Shown here: positions 27,539 through 36,317 of the stretch, in pieces | Numbering within the stretch: the first letter of the stretch is position 1 | Layout: each line of letters begins with the position of its first letter | Origin: a virus | Reading direction: 5' to 3' (one strand) | Length of the DNA: 64,000 bases | Virus record (IMG/VR): IMGVR_UViG_3300044633_000521 | The notes under the pieces: generated by a model | The model's database searches: none | Told to the model about the DNA's origin: nothing | What the model saw: the letters and a program-made list of their open reading frames with translations, nothing else | Translations under genes and position numbers: made by a program

Positions 27539-28074
27539 TTGATAATCTCATCTTTACCGTATTGGTCCCAATTAGTAAATTTATCTTCATCTAATAGAGT
27601 GTTTAGTTTGTGGCACCATACCCCTGGGTTCGAAGCCTCAAAGTCTATGTCGTCTATCTTAATAGTAGCATTATATCCTAACTGTGTCAAGTATGGAATT
27701 TTAACACTTATTTGTGGAATAAATCGACGATGGCCAATTACAGGCATTTCTAATACACCTTGTACACTACTAACATCAAAGTCTAGGGTACACCAGTAGC
27801 CAGCATCTAAACACTGATCAATCATACGTTCCCAAGGACGCCATTCGTCGGCATCATCTGTTGCTAGTTTAGGAAAACTTTGATTAGCACCAAAGTAGAT
27901 ATGCGTAATTTCGCTGTAGGCTAGTTTACTAGTAAGTAAATCTAAAATATCTTCAGCTTCGTGTATTCCTACTACAAACAAGGTACGCATACCGTATGCT
28001 GGAGTGCGTTCAATCTCGTCACCTACAAAGAATGTAATTGCTTCTGCTGTACCTGCTGTATATTCGCGTTTCAT
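27535..28074 (-). CDS. Hypothetical protein within the deazaguanine module
   Basis: 179 aa; G.E.E.TP.YG.RTLFV, HIYFGAN and KIDD.DF..SNPGVWCH motifs. Confidence 0.65.
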   Translation of the reverse strand: MKREYTAGTAEAITFFVGDEIERTPAYGMRTLFVVGIHEAEDILDLLTSKLAYSEITHIYFGANQSFPKLATDDADEWRPWERMIDQCLDAGYWCTLDFDVSSVQGVLEMPVIGHRRFIPQISVKIPYLTQLGYNATIKIDDIDFEASNPGVWCHKLNTLLDEDKFTNWDQYGKDEIIK

Positions 28075-28253
28075 AATCCCAATTGTTTCCTAATAGATTC
28101 GATACTGCGTTTGACCGTTAGTTTCTCTTGTTTCATCTTACCCAAACTAGCATCATCTAAGTAGTTAGTATAGCCTCTAGCGATCTGTTCGTCAAGGCGT
28201 CTATGGTGTTGTTCTAATTCTACAAGTTCATCTTCAAGTTGAATACGGTTCAT
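28071..28253 (-). CDS. DUF465/YdcH-like small coiled-coil protein
   Basis: LE..H..LD..I...K.EKL..K..I pattern. Confidence 0.65.
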   Translation of the reverse strand: MNRIQLEDELVELEQHHRRLDEQIARGYTNYLDDASLGKMKQEKLTVKRSIESIRKQLGL

Positions 28254-29815
28254 TATTCATCTACTCCTGCTTCCAAATCGTCTAATACAGCTTCATCTAA
28301 TCCACTATCGTCTATATGATGTTCTTCAACCTCATCAGATTCAAATAGATCACTAAACATAGTACTAGCATTAACAGTTTTCTTACCTGTTGCTCCACGA
28401 GTACCTATAATCTGCATCCAAAACTTACTGTTGTCTTCGATGATCTGTTCTGCTGTACTACGATCAGGCGCAGCAAAGATACTGTTAACTACGTCTTTAA
28501 AGTATACACGATCAAAGGTCTCTTGGACAAGCATTTTTGGTACTACGCCTTGATCATATTGGCGATTAGCTTCTTGTACGCTATTAATATGTGACCAAAC
28601 GTTATGACCCATTTGAATAGCATAACTAAAGCTATCCCAGCTGGTCTTACCTTCTTTACCGATCTTGTTTAGGTCGCCCGGCGCATAGTAGCAGACATCG
28701 TTAATTTGAATACGATTACTAATAGGACTGTCTGTAAAGTTAGTAAAGCGACCATCTTGTAGTACAGCATCGCTAAACTTACGGGTGTCTTTAGCATATT
28801 TCTTATCATCAACCGACGGTACCATACGGTATACCCACTTGCTACGATCTTCAATTTCAGTCTGAATATAGATCTGCCCGTTGGCACTAGCTAAGAATGG
28901 ACTTGCGCAGTCAAAACTAATAGTAAAGTTAGGGTTGACATGTTTGCGAACAGCACGTTGGATATCAGTTAATAAACATGCCCACTCTAGTTTACTTGTA
29001 CCCAAAAAGTGCATCCAATCATGTATGCCTTCTTGTAATAGATTATCATAGCGCATAGCTACTAAGCGTTTTAACACTAGATGTACATCGCACATGTTCT
29101 GTCCACCCATTGCCCAACCATTAAAATGCTTGCCTGGGTATTGTTGAGGATCACAATACTTCTTCATACGATCATACCAATCGTCTGCGTCTGCGTGATT
29201 CTCACCTTGTAAGACGTTTAAGAACTTACACGCACCTGTGCGATTGTTAATAAACCAATCATTGTTAATATAAGTGCCTTCTACTGCTTCGTCATATGTG
29301 CTAATGCCTGTAGCTTTAGCACCTGCTGGACTACGAGCTACCCACGCTGGAATATCTAAACACATACCATAATCCATGTATGCGTCCATCCAAGTAAGAA
29401 CTAGCTCACGTTTCTTTTGTGCTTTAGGACAGTTAGGATTCTTCCAATCACCTTCCCATACACCTTTACCAATTTGGAATCCGCCTGAGTCACCCAGGAT
29501 AAACGATTTAGTACGATCTCTATTACGTACCATATCTTCTTTTGGACTGTGCTTGTTTACATCTAACTCAGCATGGCCCGCAGAATATAGGCTCCAGTGG
29601 TATGGAAAGTATGCTTCATTTGGATTGAGCCAGTTAAGTCCTTCCATGCCGTTTTCAAAGTTAGCCGGAATACGTGTACTAGCAACATATAAGTTACCAT
29701 TGGCATCAGGAAATCTTTGCTTGCCTACGTATGTAGCATAGAAACCACTAAGTGCTGGTAAGAACACAGCATAGTCTAGTTGTTTTGCGGTTAAATTATC
29801 TATTTCATGTGCCAC
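28253..29815 (-). CDS. tRNA-guanine transglycosylase-fold protein, DpdA-like (probable DNA deazaguanine insertion)
   Basis: DSGGFQ, LDIP, VLQG, W.MGG, HFLG and SFD.ASP TGT motifs; no tRNA-TGT Zn CxCxxC seen; folE/queD/queE nearby. Confidence 0.8.
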   Translation of the reverse strand: MAHEIDNLTAKQLDYAVFLPALSGFYATYVGKQRFPDANGNLYVASTRIPANFENGMEGLNWLNPNEAYFPYHWSLYSAGHAELDVNKHSPKEDMVRNRDRTKSFILGDSGGFQIGKGVWEGDWKNPNCPKAQKKRELVLTWMDAYMDYGMCLDIPAWVARSPAGAKATGISTYDEAVEGTYINNDWFINNRTGACKFLNVLQGENHADADDWYDRMKKYCDPQQYPGKHFNGWAMGGQNMCDVHLVLKRLVAMRYDNLLQEGIHDWMHFLGTSKLEWACLLTDIQRAVRKHVNPNFTISFDCASPFLASANGQIYIQTEIEDRSKWVYRMVPSVDDKKYAKDTRKFSDAVLQDGRFTNFTDSPISNRIQINDVCYYAPGDLNKIGKEGKTSWDSFSYAIQMGHNVWSHINSVQEANRQYDQGVVPKMLVQETFDRVYFKDVVNSIFAAPDRSTAEQIIEDNSKFWMQIIGTRGATGKKTVNASTMFSDLFESDEVEEHHIDDSGLDEAVLDDLEAGVDE

Positions 29816-30146
29816 TTGTTTCTTCCTCGTGTACTAATATTTCTAACATTTTAAATTGTTCATACGCAGATTTAAGCGTTGGATATTTTTCCATCTTAGC
29901 CTTAAGTTCAGCCTCTTCACGCATTTTATAACCTGCCCATCGCAGAACTTCGTCAGCTTCGTAACTCATTCCAACACTAACATTCTGACTTATGTTAATC
30001 CAACTGCCACCATCAAACACTTCCATCTGTTGCGTCATGGTATTGTAACGCACATTACCAGCACTCTGTCCGTTGTTGCCAACGTACGGAGCACTGTATG
30101 AACTAGAAGTTAAGAACGGACTAGTAATATCTAAGTTTTTAATCAT
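29805..30146 (-). CDS. Hypothetical phage protein
   Basis: 113 aa; G.VRYN....MEVFDG.SW segment plus C-terminal helix. Confidence 0.6.
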   Translation of the reverse strand: MIKNLDITSPFLTSSSYSAPYVGNNGQSAGNVRYNTMTQQMEVFDGGSWINISQNVSVGMSYEADEVLRWAGYKMREEAELKAKMEKYPTLKSAYEQFKMLEILVHEEETSGT

Positions 30147-30696
30147 AATATTTTATACTACTCATTAATTTATAATCAACAGCAAAATGTGCCATAACTT
30201 TATTTAGATTTTTTGGATTAGTCTTTAACATTTCTAAGATACGATGTTTACATTCCGCATGCGGCCCTTGGCTTATATTGCGATCATCAAAACTGTAATG
30301 AGAAATGTTTAAAAACTTTTCCAATAATTCACGCAGACTACTATCACATTTAAAGTATACAGTCCTATCTAGATCAAACGGAGTAAGAAAGTAACTTTGT
30401 GTTTCTGTATGATCATCAAATGTAATAGTATCAAATATTTCTTCTTCAGATAAATCTAGTCTACCACTGTTAATTTGATATTGAGCCATACCACTAACCC
30501 AGCGTTGTAATGGATCACGTAGTACAGTAAAATATCGGTCGCACTCTATAAGTGTACTCGAGTTTTGCCAATGTTCTGCTATTAAATAGCCTTTTACTGT
30601 ACTAGTAGCATTCTTAGGAATGTTAATATATGCTAGGTCCTTATTGAACCAACATTCACCTAACTGATGTCCTAAGTGAGCCCACCGATCAATCAT
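30139..30696 (-). CDS. Sulfotransferase family 2-like protein
   Basis: 5'-PSB IPKNATST and 3'-PB LRDPLQRWVSG motifs; H...Q; terminal D.KL. Confidence 0.75.
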   Translation of the reverse strand: MIDRWAHLGHQLGECWFNKDLAYINIPKNATSTVKGYLIAEHWQNSSTLIECDRYFTVLRDPLQRWVSGMAQYQINSGRLDLSEEEIFDTITFDDHTETQSYFLTPFDLDRTVYFKCDSSLRELLEKFLNISHYSFDDRNISQGPHAECKHRILEMLKTNPKNLNKVMAHFAVDYKLMSSIKYYD

Positions 30697-31427
30697 TACT
30701 TGCTTTGTGCTGGTAAGATGTAGTTATAAGTTGCTAGGCCTGAATTAACAGTAATCTGTGCCGCACCTTCGTCGCTAATACGGAATACTTTATCACCCGG
30801 CAAACTTAAAATACTAATAACAGCAGCAACAGGCCAAGCCCATCCTTTACTTAGTGTGCCAGTTACTCCGCTATGGAATACAAAGTTGCCAGCGTGGCTA
30901 CTATGATCACCAAAGAATAGTTTTAAGTCAGTGCCTTCTGTTTTAGCAGTAAACGTAGTTTCTTCACTGTTAGCACTTGCTTGGAATTTAAGTCTTTGGA
31001 TAGCTGCCACAGTTGGCTCAAACTCTACGTTCCAATTAACACCGCGGAACTTAACTGTTTTAAGTTTGTCATTAACAATCTCTGAACTCATAAAACGATA
31101 GTCGTTTTTAAAGTCACCTGCGGCATTTTCAAAGTGTAAGCCTGTTGGGACTGATTCACCATTGCGATCTTGTGTTGTTAGACTGATTTTAGCGTTTTCT
31201 TTATATTCTGGAATGTTAAGAATGGTGCTTAGTTTGCCTAAGTTAGGCATACCAAATGTACTAACAAATTCTGGTACTGGATTGTTAATTTTTGCTTGTA
31301 CAATAACTGAACGGTCTTCAGCTAGTGCTTCGATAGTTGTTTCTGAATCAGTTCCTGTTACTTTAACTAGGTCAATAATACCCAAGCCATAAGTGTTTTT
31401 TACAACGTCTAATAGATAATCACGCAT
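30696..31427 (-). CDS. Probable DNA sliding clamp (gp45-like)
   Basis: 243 aa with two-domain clamp-like size and pattern, C-terminal Y.YILPA, close to the DNA polymerase. Confidence 0.55.
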   Translation of the reverse strand: MRDYLLDVVKNTYGLGIIDLVKVTGTDSETTIEALAEDRSVIVQAKINNPVPEFVSTFGMPNLGKLSTILNIPEYKENAKISLTTQDRNGESVPTGLHFENAAGDFKNDYRFMSSEIVNDKLKTVKFRGVNWNVEFEPTVAAIQRLKFQASANSEETTFTAKTEGTDLKLFFGDHSSHAGNFVFHSGVTGTLSKGWAWPVAAVISILSLPGDKVFRISDEGAAQITVNSGLATYNYILPAQSK

Positions 31428-31450
31428 AAGTTTCTCCTGTTTGATAATAT

Positions 31451-31479
31451 AGTGTATATGATATATTTAGAAAATTCAA
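31451..31479 (-). promoter_or_regulatory. sigma70-type promoter TTGAAT-N17-TACACT with nested CTAAATA
   Basis: Read directly; AGGAG SD downstream. Confidence 0.55.
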
Positions 31480-31493
31480 GTGTTTTGATAAAA

Positions 31494-33572
31494 TTATTTT
31501 CCAAGTACTGTACCAATTGGTGCATGTACTTTAATAGTAACTAGTTTTCCTGGTTTCTTTATTTCTACCCAGCTGATATATTCTTCTAAATCTTGAGTTG
31601 ATAGAACTTCATAGCCGTATTTTTCCAATAATGGCATTAATGCGTGTTTGGGCATGTAACTCATGTATCCCATGTCCACATAACGAGCACACCCAGGACG
31701 CTCTGCGTTATTATAACTAAACATAGCTACTCCACCCGGACGCAGAACTTTATATATAGATTCTAAATATTGTTCTAATAGATCAAATGGTAGATAATTA
31801 AACACATTCCAAGCAAACACAAAACCAAATTGATTTTGTGGTAACATACTTAGATCTGTTTCACTGGTAATATAGCTTCTTAATTTATTTTGATAAACAT
31901 CATTGAATTTGGTCTTTGTTTCTATTAAAAATTCATCATGTATATCAACCAAATAGAGGGGTTCACTGGCTACTAAGTGTTCAGTCCATACACCAGCACC
32001 GGGCCCTATTTCTAAACCAGGATATTGCCAATTGACATATTTCCCAATTTGTGCTAAGATTGCCTCGGTAGTTGTATCATCAGTAATTGGCATTACCCTA
32101 GTTCTCTCGTCTTGTGGATTACAGCGATCTATGGCCTTATAGTTACCGTAAACAGAATAACCTCGGTTATAATAATCTTTAGTGATATCCGATATATTAT
32201 CACTAATTTTTTCTAAGATTGAAACATTAACCGCAGTTAACTTGGTTATCTGATCTTCAATTTGAAGACATTGATTTATTAAATCTGACAAATCACTTGC
32301 ATACGTAAACGGAGAAGTCAGATGCCAGTAATATTCTTTTAATTTTGTCAAAGACTGAAACATTCCGTCAATACGGTCAACACTCTGTAGATTAACTTTT
32401 AATCGAGTTAATTCTTCAAGAGATAACTTTTCCTTTTGTTGTAAAGGTGCTAGGTTAGTTAATTGGATTTGTTTATCTCCCATAATCGGATCACTTAAAA
32501 TGCCAACTAAATCGCCATAGTTAGGATGATCTTCCATCCACACGGCGTGTTCAACAAAGCGATTCTTATTGCCATCCCACCACTTGCCCCAATCAGTTAC
32601 TTTTTGAAATGCTATCTCATCAAATCCTATACGCTTTGTTAACCGAACATACTCGTGAATATCCTGATAATTGGTATTTTGTACTACAAAATTGGCTACA
32701 ATTTCCATATCGCTGTAGTATTTTTGTTTCCATTTAACTATATATTCACTACTTTCGATTAATTTATCCCAATCACCTTGGCGTCTGGTAATAGCATAGG
32801 TCTCAGGAGTTCCGGCATCAAAACTAATCTTAAAACGTTTTACGTGTTTATGGATTCCCTTCATACGATCCCAATGGCTAGCCACTAAGATACCGTTAGT
32901 AACAATCTCAATCTCAATTGGATCATCATCAGTAAGCTGTAGATTTTCTAAGATGTTACGATATACATGACTAGCAAACGGATCACCGTCACCACTTAAG
33001 GTAAATTTTAAGAAATGGTGATGATTTTGAATTAATTTAGTAATATGACGACTAATAGTCATACGCTTCTCAAATTCTTCACCTTTATTAACGAATATCA
33101 TTTCATTACGACAACTAGGACAGCTTAAGTTACAGCTATCATCTATAGCAAATACAATCCAATTAACTGTATCGGGGCGGTGCTCGATTCTATTCTCTAA
33201 ACGATCAGATTTGATTACATGACAGGTATTTTGATCACAATACTTATAAGTACCATCAATGATACTGGCTTGTATTTCGCGAGCCTTAGGACTCTGTACA
33301 ATTTCAGTTAAGCTGTTAAAATCTAAGATATTACCTACACTAATAGGCAACCATGCTTGACATACACATACAAAGCATTCACCGTTACTATCAATAGTTA
33401 CGCTATTGAACGGGTGGTAACAATACTTGCCAGTTAGTTGTAGATTTTTAGTAAAATCCATACCGTAACGATGATAAGAATCTTGACTCTTGGTGTCCAC
33501 GTCAGCTACTGTGAGTTGAGTTCTAGGTAGCTGACGCAATGCTTCTATGTTTACTAATTTAATTTCTGCCAT
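31494..33572 (-). CDS. Twitch-domain radical SAM / class I SAM-dependent methyltransferase fusion
   Basis: CYHPF..C.C..W, CNLSCPSC and GDGDPFAS in the N-half; LEIGPGAG, LVD and LRPGG in the C-half. Likely start MAEIKLV. Confidence 0.85.
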   Translation of the reverse strand: MAEIKLVNIEALRQLPRTQLTVADVDTKSQDSYHRYGMDFTKNLQLTGKYCYHPFNSVTIDSNGECFVCVCQAWLPISVGNILDFNSLTEIVQSPKAREIQASIIDGTYKYCDQNTCHVIKSDRLENRIEHRPDTVNWIVFAIDDSCNLSCPSCRNEMIFVNKGEEFEKRMTISRHITKLIQNHHHFLKFTLSGDGDPFASHVYRNILENLQLTDDDPIEIEIVTNGILVASHWDRMKGIHKHVKRFKISFDAGTPETYAITRRQGDWDKLIESSEYIVKWKQKYYSDMEIVANFVVQNTNYQDIHEYVRLTKRIGFDEIAFQKVTDWGKWWDGNKNRFVEHAVWMEDHPNYGDLVGILSDPIMGDKQIQLTNLAPLQQKEKLSLEELTRLKVNLQSVDRIDGMFQSLTKLKEYYWHLTSPFTYASDLSDLINQCLQIEDQITKLTAVNVSILEKISDNISDITKDYYNRGYSVYGNYKAIDRCNPQDERTRVMPITDDTTTEAILAQIGKYVNWQYPGLEIGPGAGVWTEHLVASEPLYLVDIHDEFLIETKTKFNDVYQNKLRSYITSETDLSMLPQNQFGFVFAWNVFNYLPFDLLEQYLESIYKVLRPGGVAMFSYNNAERPGCARYVDMGYMSYMPKHALMPLLEKYGYEVLSTQDLEEYISWVEIKKPGKLVTIKVHAPIGTVLGK

Positions 33573-33573
33573 A

Positions 33574-36237
33574 TTATTCAAAACTAAACAAATTATCAAA
33601 GGTTGTCTTAATATCAGTATTGTTAGGAATATCCCAATCCAACACCCCTAATAGATTTTCTACCTTCTGATCTACAATAGTAGTTTCCATCAGCCCATCA
33701 TCAAACGGTAGGTCTTTAAACCACTGTGGAATGTGTGCTTCATCCGTTGGATAGCCAACACTAGTATAACCCAGCGGGTTGTCTTTGAGTTTACACACAA
33801 TAGTTTTCATACCATCAACAATGCTAGTTGAATAGTTATCACCATGCATACGTTTTAGGTTATTCCAATTAAGCGCGGCACGCACATGTCCGGGCATGTT
33901 GGCTCGGCCTAATCGTTCTTCTTCCTTGCCATACTTGGTCAAGTTGTTTACACGTTTAGGTGTGCCTTTTTCCCAAGCTGGACGTTCTTGGAATAGCAAT
34001 TTAAACTCTCTAACCTTATCATAGATGTGTTCTTTTTTACTACCTGTTAAGACATCTAACAAGATATCACTTAAGAAGTCCTGTACAACCTTAGGAGTAT
34101 CTGAACGTTTTAAGTCTAAGCCCATGGCTTTTACTTTGCCCGGTTTACCGTGTTGATCCAACCGTTTACCTTCAAGGTCAACAATCAATACAGCATAGCG
34201 TTTCTTTTTAATAAACAAACCTTTTTCGGCTACTAGTTCACGCCCACCTTTAATAACTTCGCCCATATCACGCGGTACGTGGAAGCTACGTTCCATCATG
34301 GCCGGGAAACTATCATTAACTTGATCAGCAATATTATCGTATAGTTGAATAGCAATGTCTTTTGACCATTCCATCTTACCTGCGGCTACTTCATCTTTAA
34401 CTGCAGGCCACGCACTAAAATAACATGAGTCAGTATCACCGTAGATAATAGCTTCACCGGTATGATCATATACTCCCGTAATACATTCATTAACAAACGC
34501 ATCCATGTGTTTAGCAATAGTTCTGCCCGTTAGCGTAGTACTTTGTCCAATACGTTTATCAAAGAAACGACAGCCCGGATTCAATAAGGCACCGTACAAA
34601 CTGTTCAAGTTAATCTTCTTAACCAACTGTCGTTTATCCCAGAACGCAATCTCTTCTGGGTCTGTACACTCTTTCTTCTTAGCCTGTAGTTCTTTACGTT
34701 CAGCATACCAACGCTTTAACAAGCTAGGTACAATGGCTTCTGTAGCAAAGCTAAAGATAGTACCGTTAGCACTAAGAATCCACGGTTGGTTGCTGTCAAA
34801 TATTAATTTCCAAACTTCTGTGGCGCTGTGTACTGTACTTTCGCCAGATGCTTCCCAGTCAATAGTAATTTCAACACCCGGTTTATTTTCCATAACAGCT
34901 TCATACTCTAAGGTACCAAACATATTTTCCCATGCGTCGGCAAAACTACTATTAGCATCAATCTTTTCTTTGATGTAATGATCGGTCATTATAGGACGAA
35001 GTTGTCCCACAATGGTTTCAGGACCCATGTTCAGCGCACGAATCGCACTAGGATACAGTGAGTTAATGTCAATGGCGCCAATGTAATCATGCATGCCTTT
35101 TTTAGGATGTGCTACATAAGCACCAGCCGCTTGCGTATCACCTTGATCATCACGACCTTTGCGGTTCATTACTACCATACCCTGCTGGTGTGCTTGGTTA
35201 ATGATGGCCTGCTCTGTTACTGCTACCGCGCCCATTGTAGTCTGTAGTAACACTGTGTTATCATGTGCTAGTTCGTTAGCAAGGTCTAAGAAGCGTAGTT
35301 TCTTATCTAGTTTACCTAACAACATAGTATCTTGACGGTTGTATTCGATAAACTTAGGAAAATCTTTATTATACAGCTGATCTAACGTACCTTCGTATTG
35401 TGTTTTACGTTCATCTAGTTCATATTCACCAATGGCATCCAAACTATAACTATGACGCTCTTCATAGGTGTACTTGCGATATAACTGCATATAGTCTAGA
35501 TGTACACGACCAATTAGGTCAAAGGTTAAGTTAGTAGCACCAAAGCGTTCAAAGTCACGTTGTTTGGGATACTGCCCCCACAGGCACATACGGCGTGTGT
35601 CGTCTTTGCTTAGAACACGGGTAATACGCCCAATGGTATAGGGTATATCATAACCCTCACTGTTCCACCCACTCAATATGTCCGCATCATCAATTAGGTT
35701 AAGGAATGTATCTAACATATCCTCTTCACGATCAAACAAGAAGCAGTTGTCGTATTGCTTACATATTTCTTCAGCAGTTTCCCAACTATAGCTCTTAGGC
35801 GGAATTACTAAGGTAACTAACTTGTCTAGCCAATCTAAGTAAACTGATATGGCTGTAATAGGATTGAATGGATCGTTTGTTGGAGCATAGCCGCGTTTTG
35901 GGTCAAAGTCGACCTCAATATCGAAAAAGGCAGTTTGTAGTTTAGGACTAGTAATACCAAGATAGTTTTCTTCTAAACAACGGAATACAGGATTGATATC
36001 ACTTTCCCATATCTTTTTACCATTCTGTATACGTAGTTCTTTATGGAACTCTTTACCGATACGTGTACTAAAGCGGCTTACAGGTGTGTCATAGATAGTA
36101 CGATGTTTGCCCTTAGGATCATCATAATAAAACACATAAGTTGCTGGAAATTCTCGATATTCGCGAAGACCGTTGTTGCGTTCAACGATATGGATACGAT
36201 CTTTAGCACGATCGTAGAGTGCGTCTACATAACTCAT
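33574..36237 (-). CDS. Family B DNA polymerase (T4 gp43-like)
   Basis: Exonuclease motifs DIE, GWNS..YD and YN..D; polymerase motifs DINSLYPS, KK..LNSLYG, YGDTDS and KKRY. Confidence 0.97.
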   Translation of the reverse strand: MSYVDALYDRAKDRIHIVERNNGLREYREFPATYVFYYDDPKGKHRTIYDTPVSRFSTRIGKEFHKELRIQNGKKIWESDINPVFRCLEENYLGITSPKLQTAFFDIEVDFDPKRGYAPTNDPFNPITAISVYLDWLDKLVTLVIPPKSYSWETAEEICKQYDNCFLFDREEDMLDTFLNLIDDADILSGWNSEGYDIPYTIGRITRVLSKDDTRRMCLWGQYPKQRDFERFGATNLTFDLIGRVHLDYMQLYRKYTYEERHSYSLDAIGEYELDERKTQYEGTLDQLYNKDFPKFIEYNRQDTMLLGKLDKKLRFLDLANELAHDNTVLLQTTMGAVAVTEQAIINQAHQQGMVVMNRKGRDDQGDTQAAGAYVAHPKKGMHDYIGAIDINSLYPSAIRALNMGPETIVGQLRPIMTDHYIKEKIDANSSFADAWENMFGTLEYEAVMENKPGVEITIDWEASGESTVHSATEVWKLIFDSNQPWILSANGTIFSFATEAIVPSLLKRWYAERKELQAKKKECTDPEEIAFWDKRQLVKKINLNSLYGALLNPGCRFFDKRIGQSTTLTGRTIAKHMDAFVNECITGVYDHTGEAIIYGDTDSCYFSAWPAVKDEVAAGKMEWSKDIAIQLYDNIADQVNDSFPAMMERSFHVPRDMGEVIKGGRELVAEKGLFIKKKRYAVLIVDLEGKRLDQHGKPGKVKAMGLDLKRSDTPKVVQDFLSDILLDVLTGSKKEHIYDKVREFKLLFQERPAWEKGTPKRVNNLTKYGKEEERLGRANMPGHVRAALNWNNLKRMHGDNYSTSIVDGMKTIVCKLKDNPLGYTSVGYPTDEAHIPQWFKDLPFDDGLMETTIVDQKVENLLGVLDWDIPNNTDIKTTFDNLFSFE

Positions 36238-36240
36238 TTA

Positions 36241-36297
36241 CTCTCCATATGCCACTTATAGCTGGCAAATACTTTTCTACATGCACATTAAGTGTGC
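36241..36297 (-). promoter_or_regulatory. Two stem-loops in the polymerase leader directly 5' of the GGAGAG SD (candidate translational operator)
   Basis: GCACA-CTTAA-TGTGC and TGCCA-GCTATAAG-TGGCA. Confidence 0.5.
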
Positions 36298-36317
36298 GAC
36301 TCTTTATAGTATATATT

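Noticed and set aside
33574-36237. Intein, intron or split in the DNA polymerase
   Set aside because: 887 aa with continuous exonuclease and polymerase motifs; no insertion evident.
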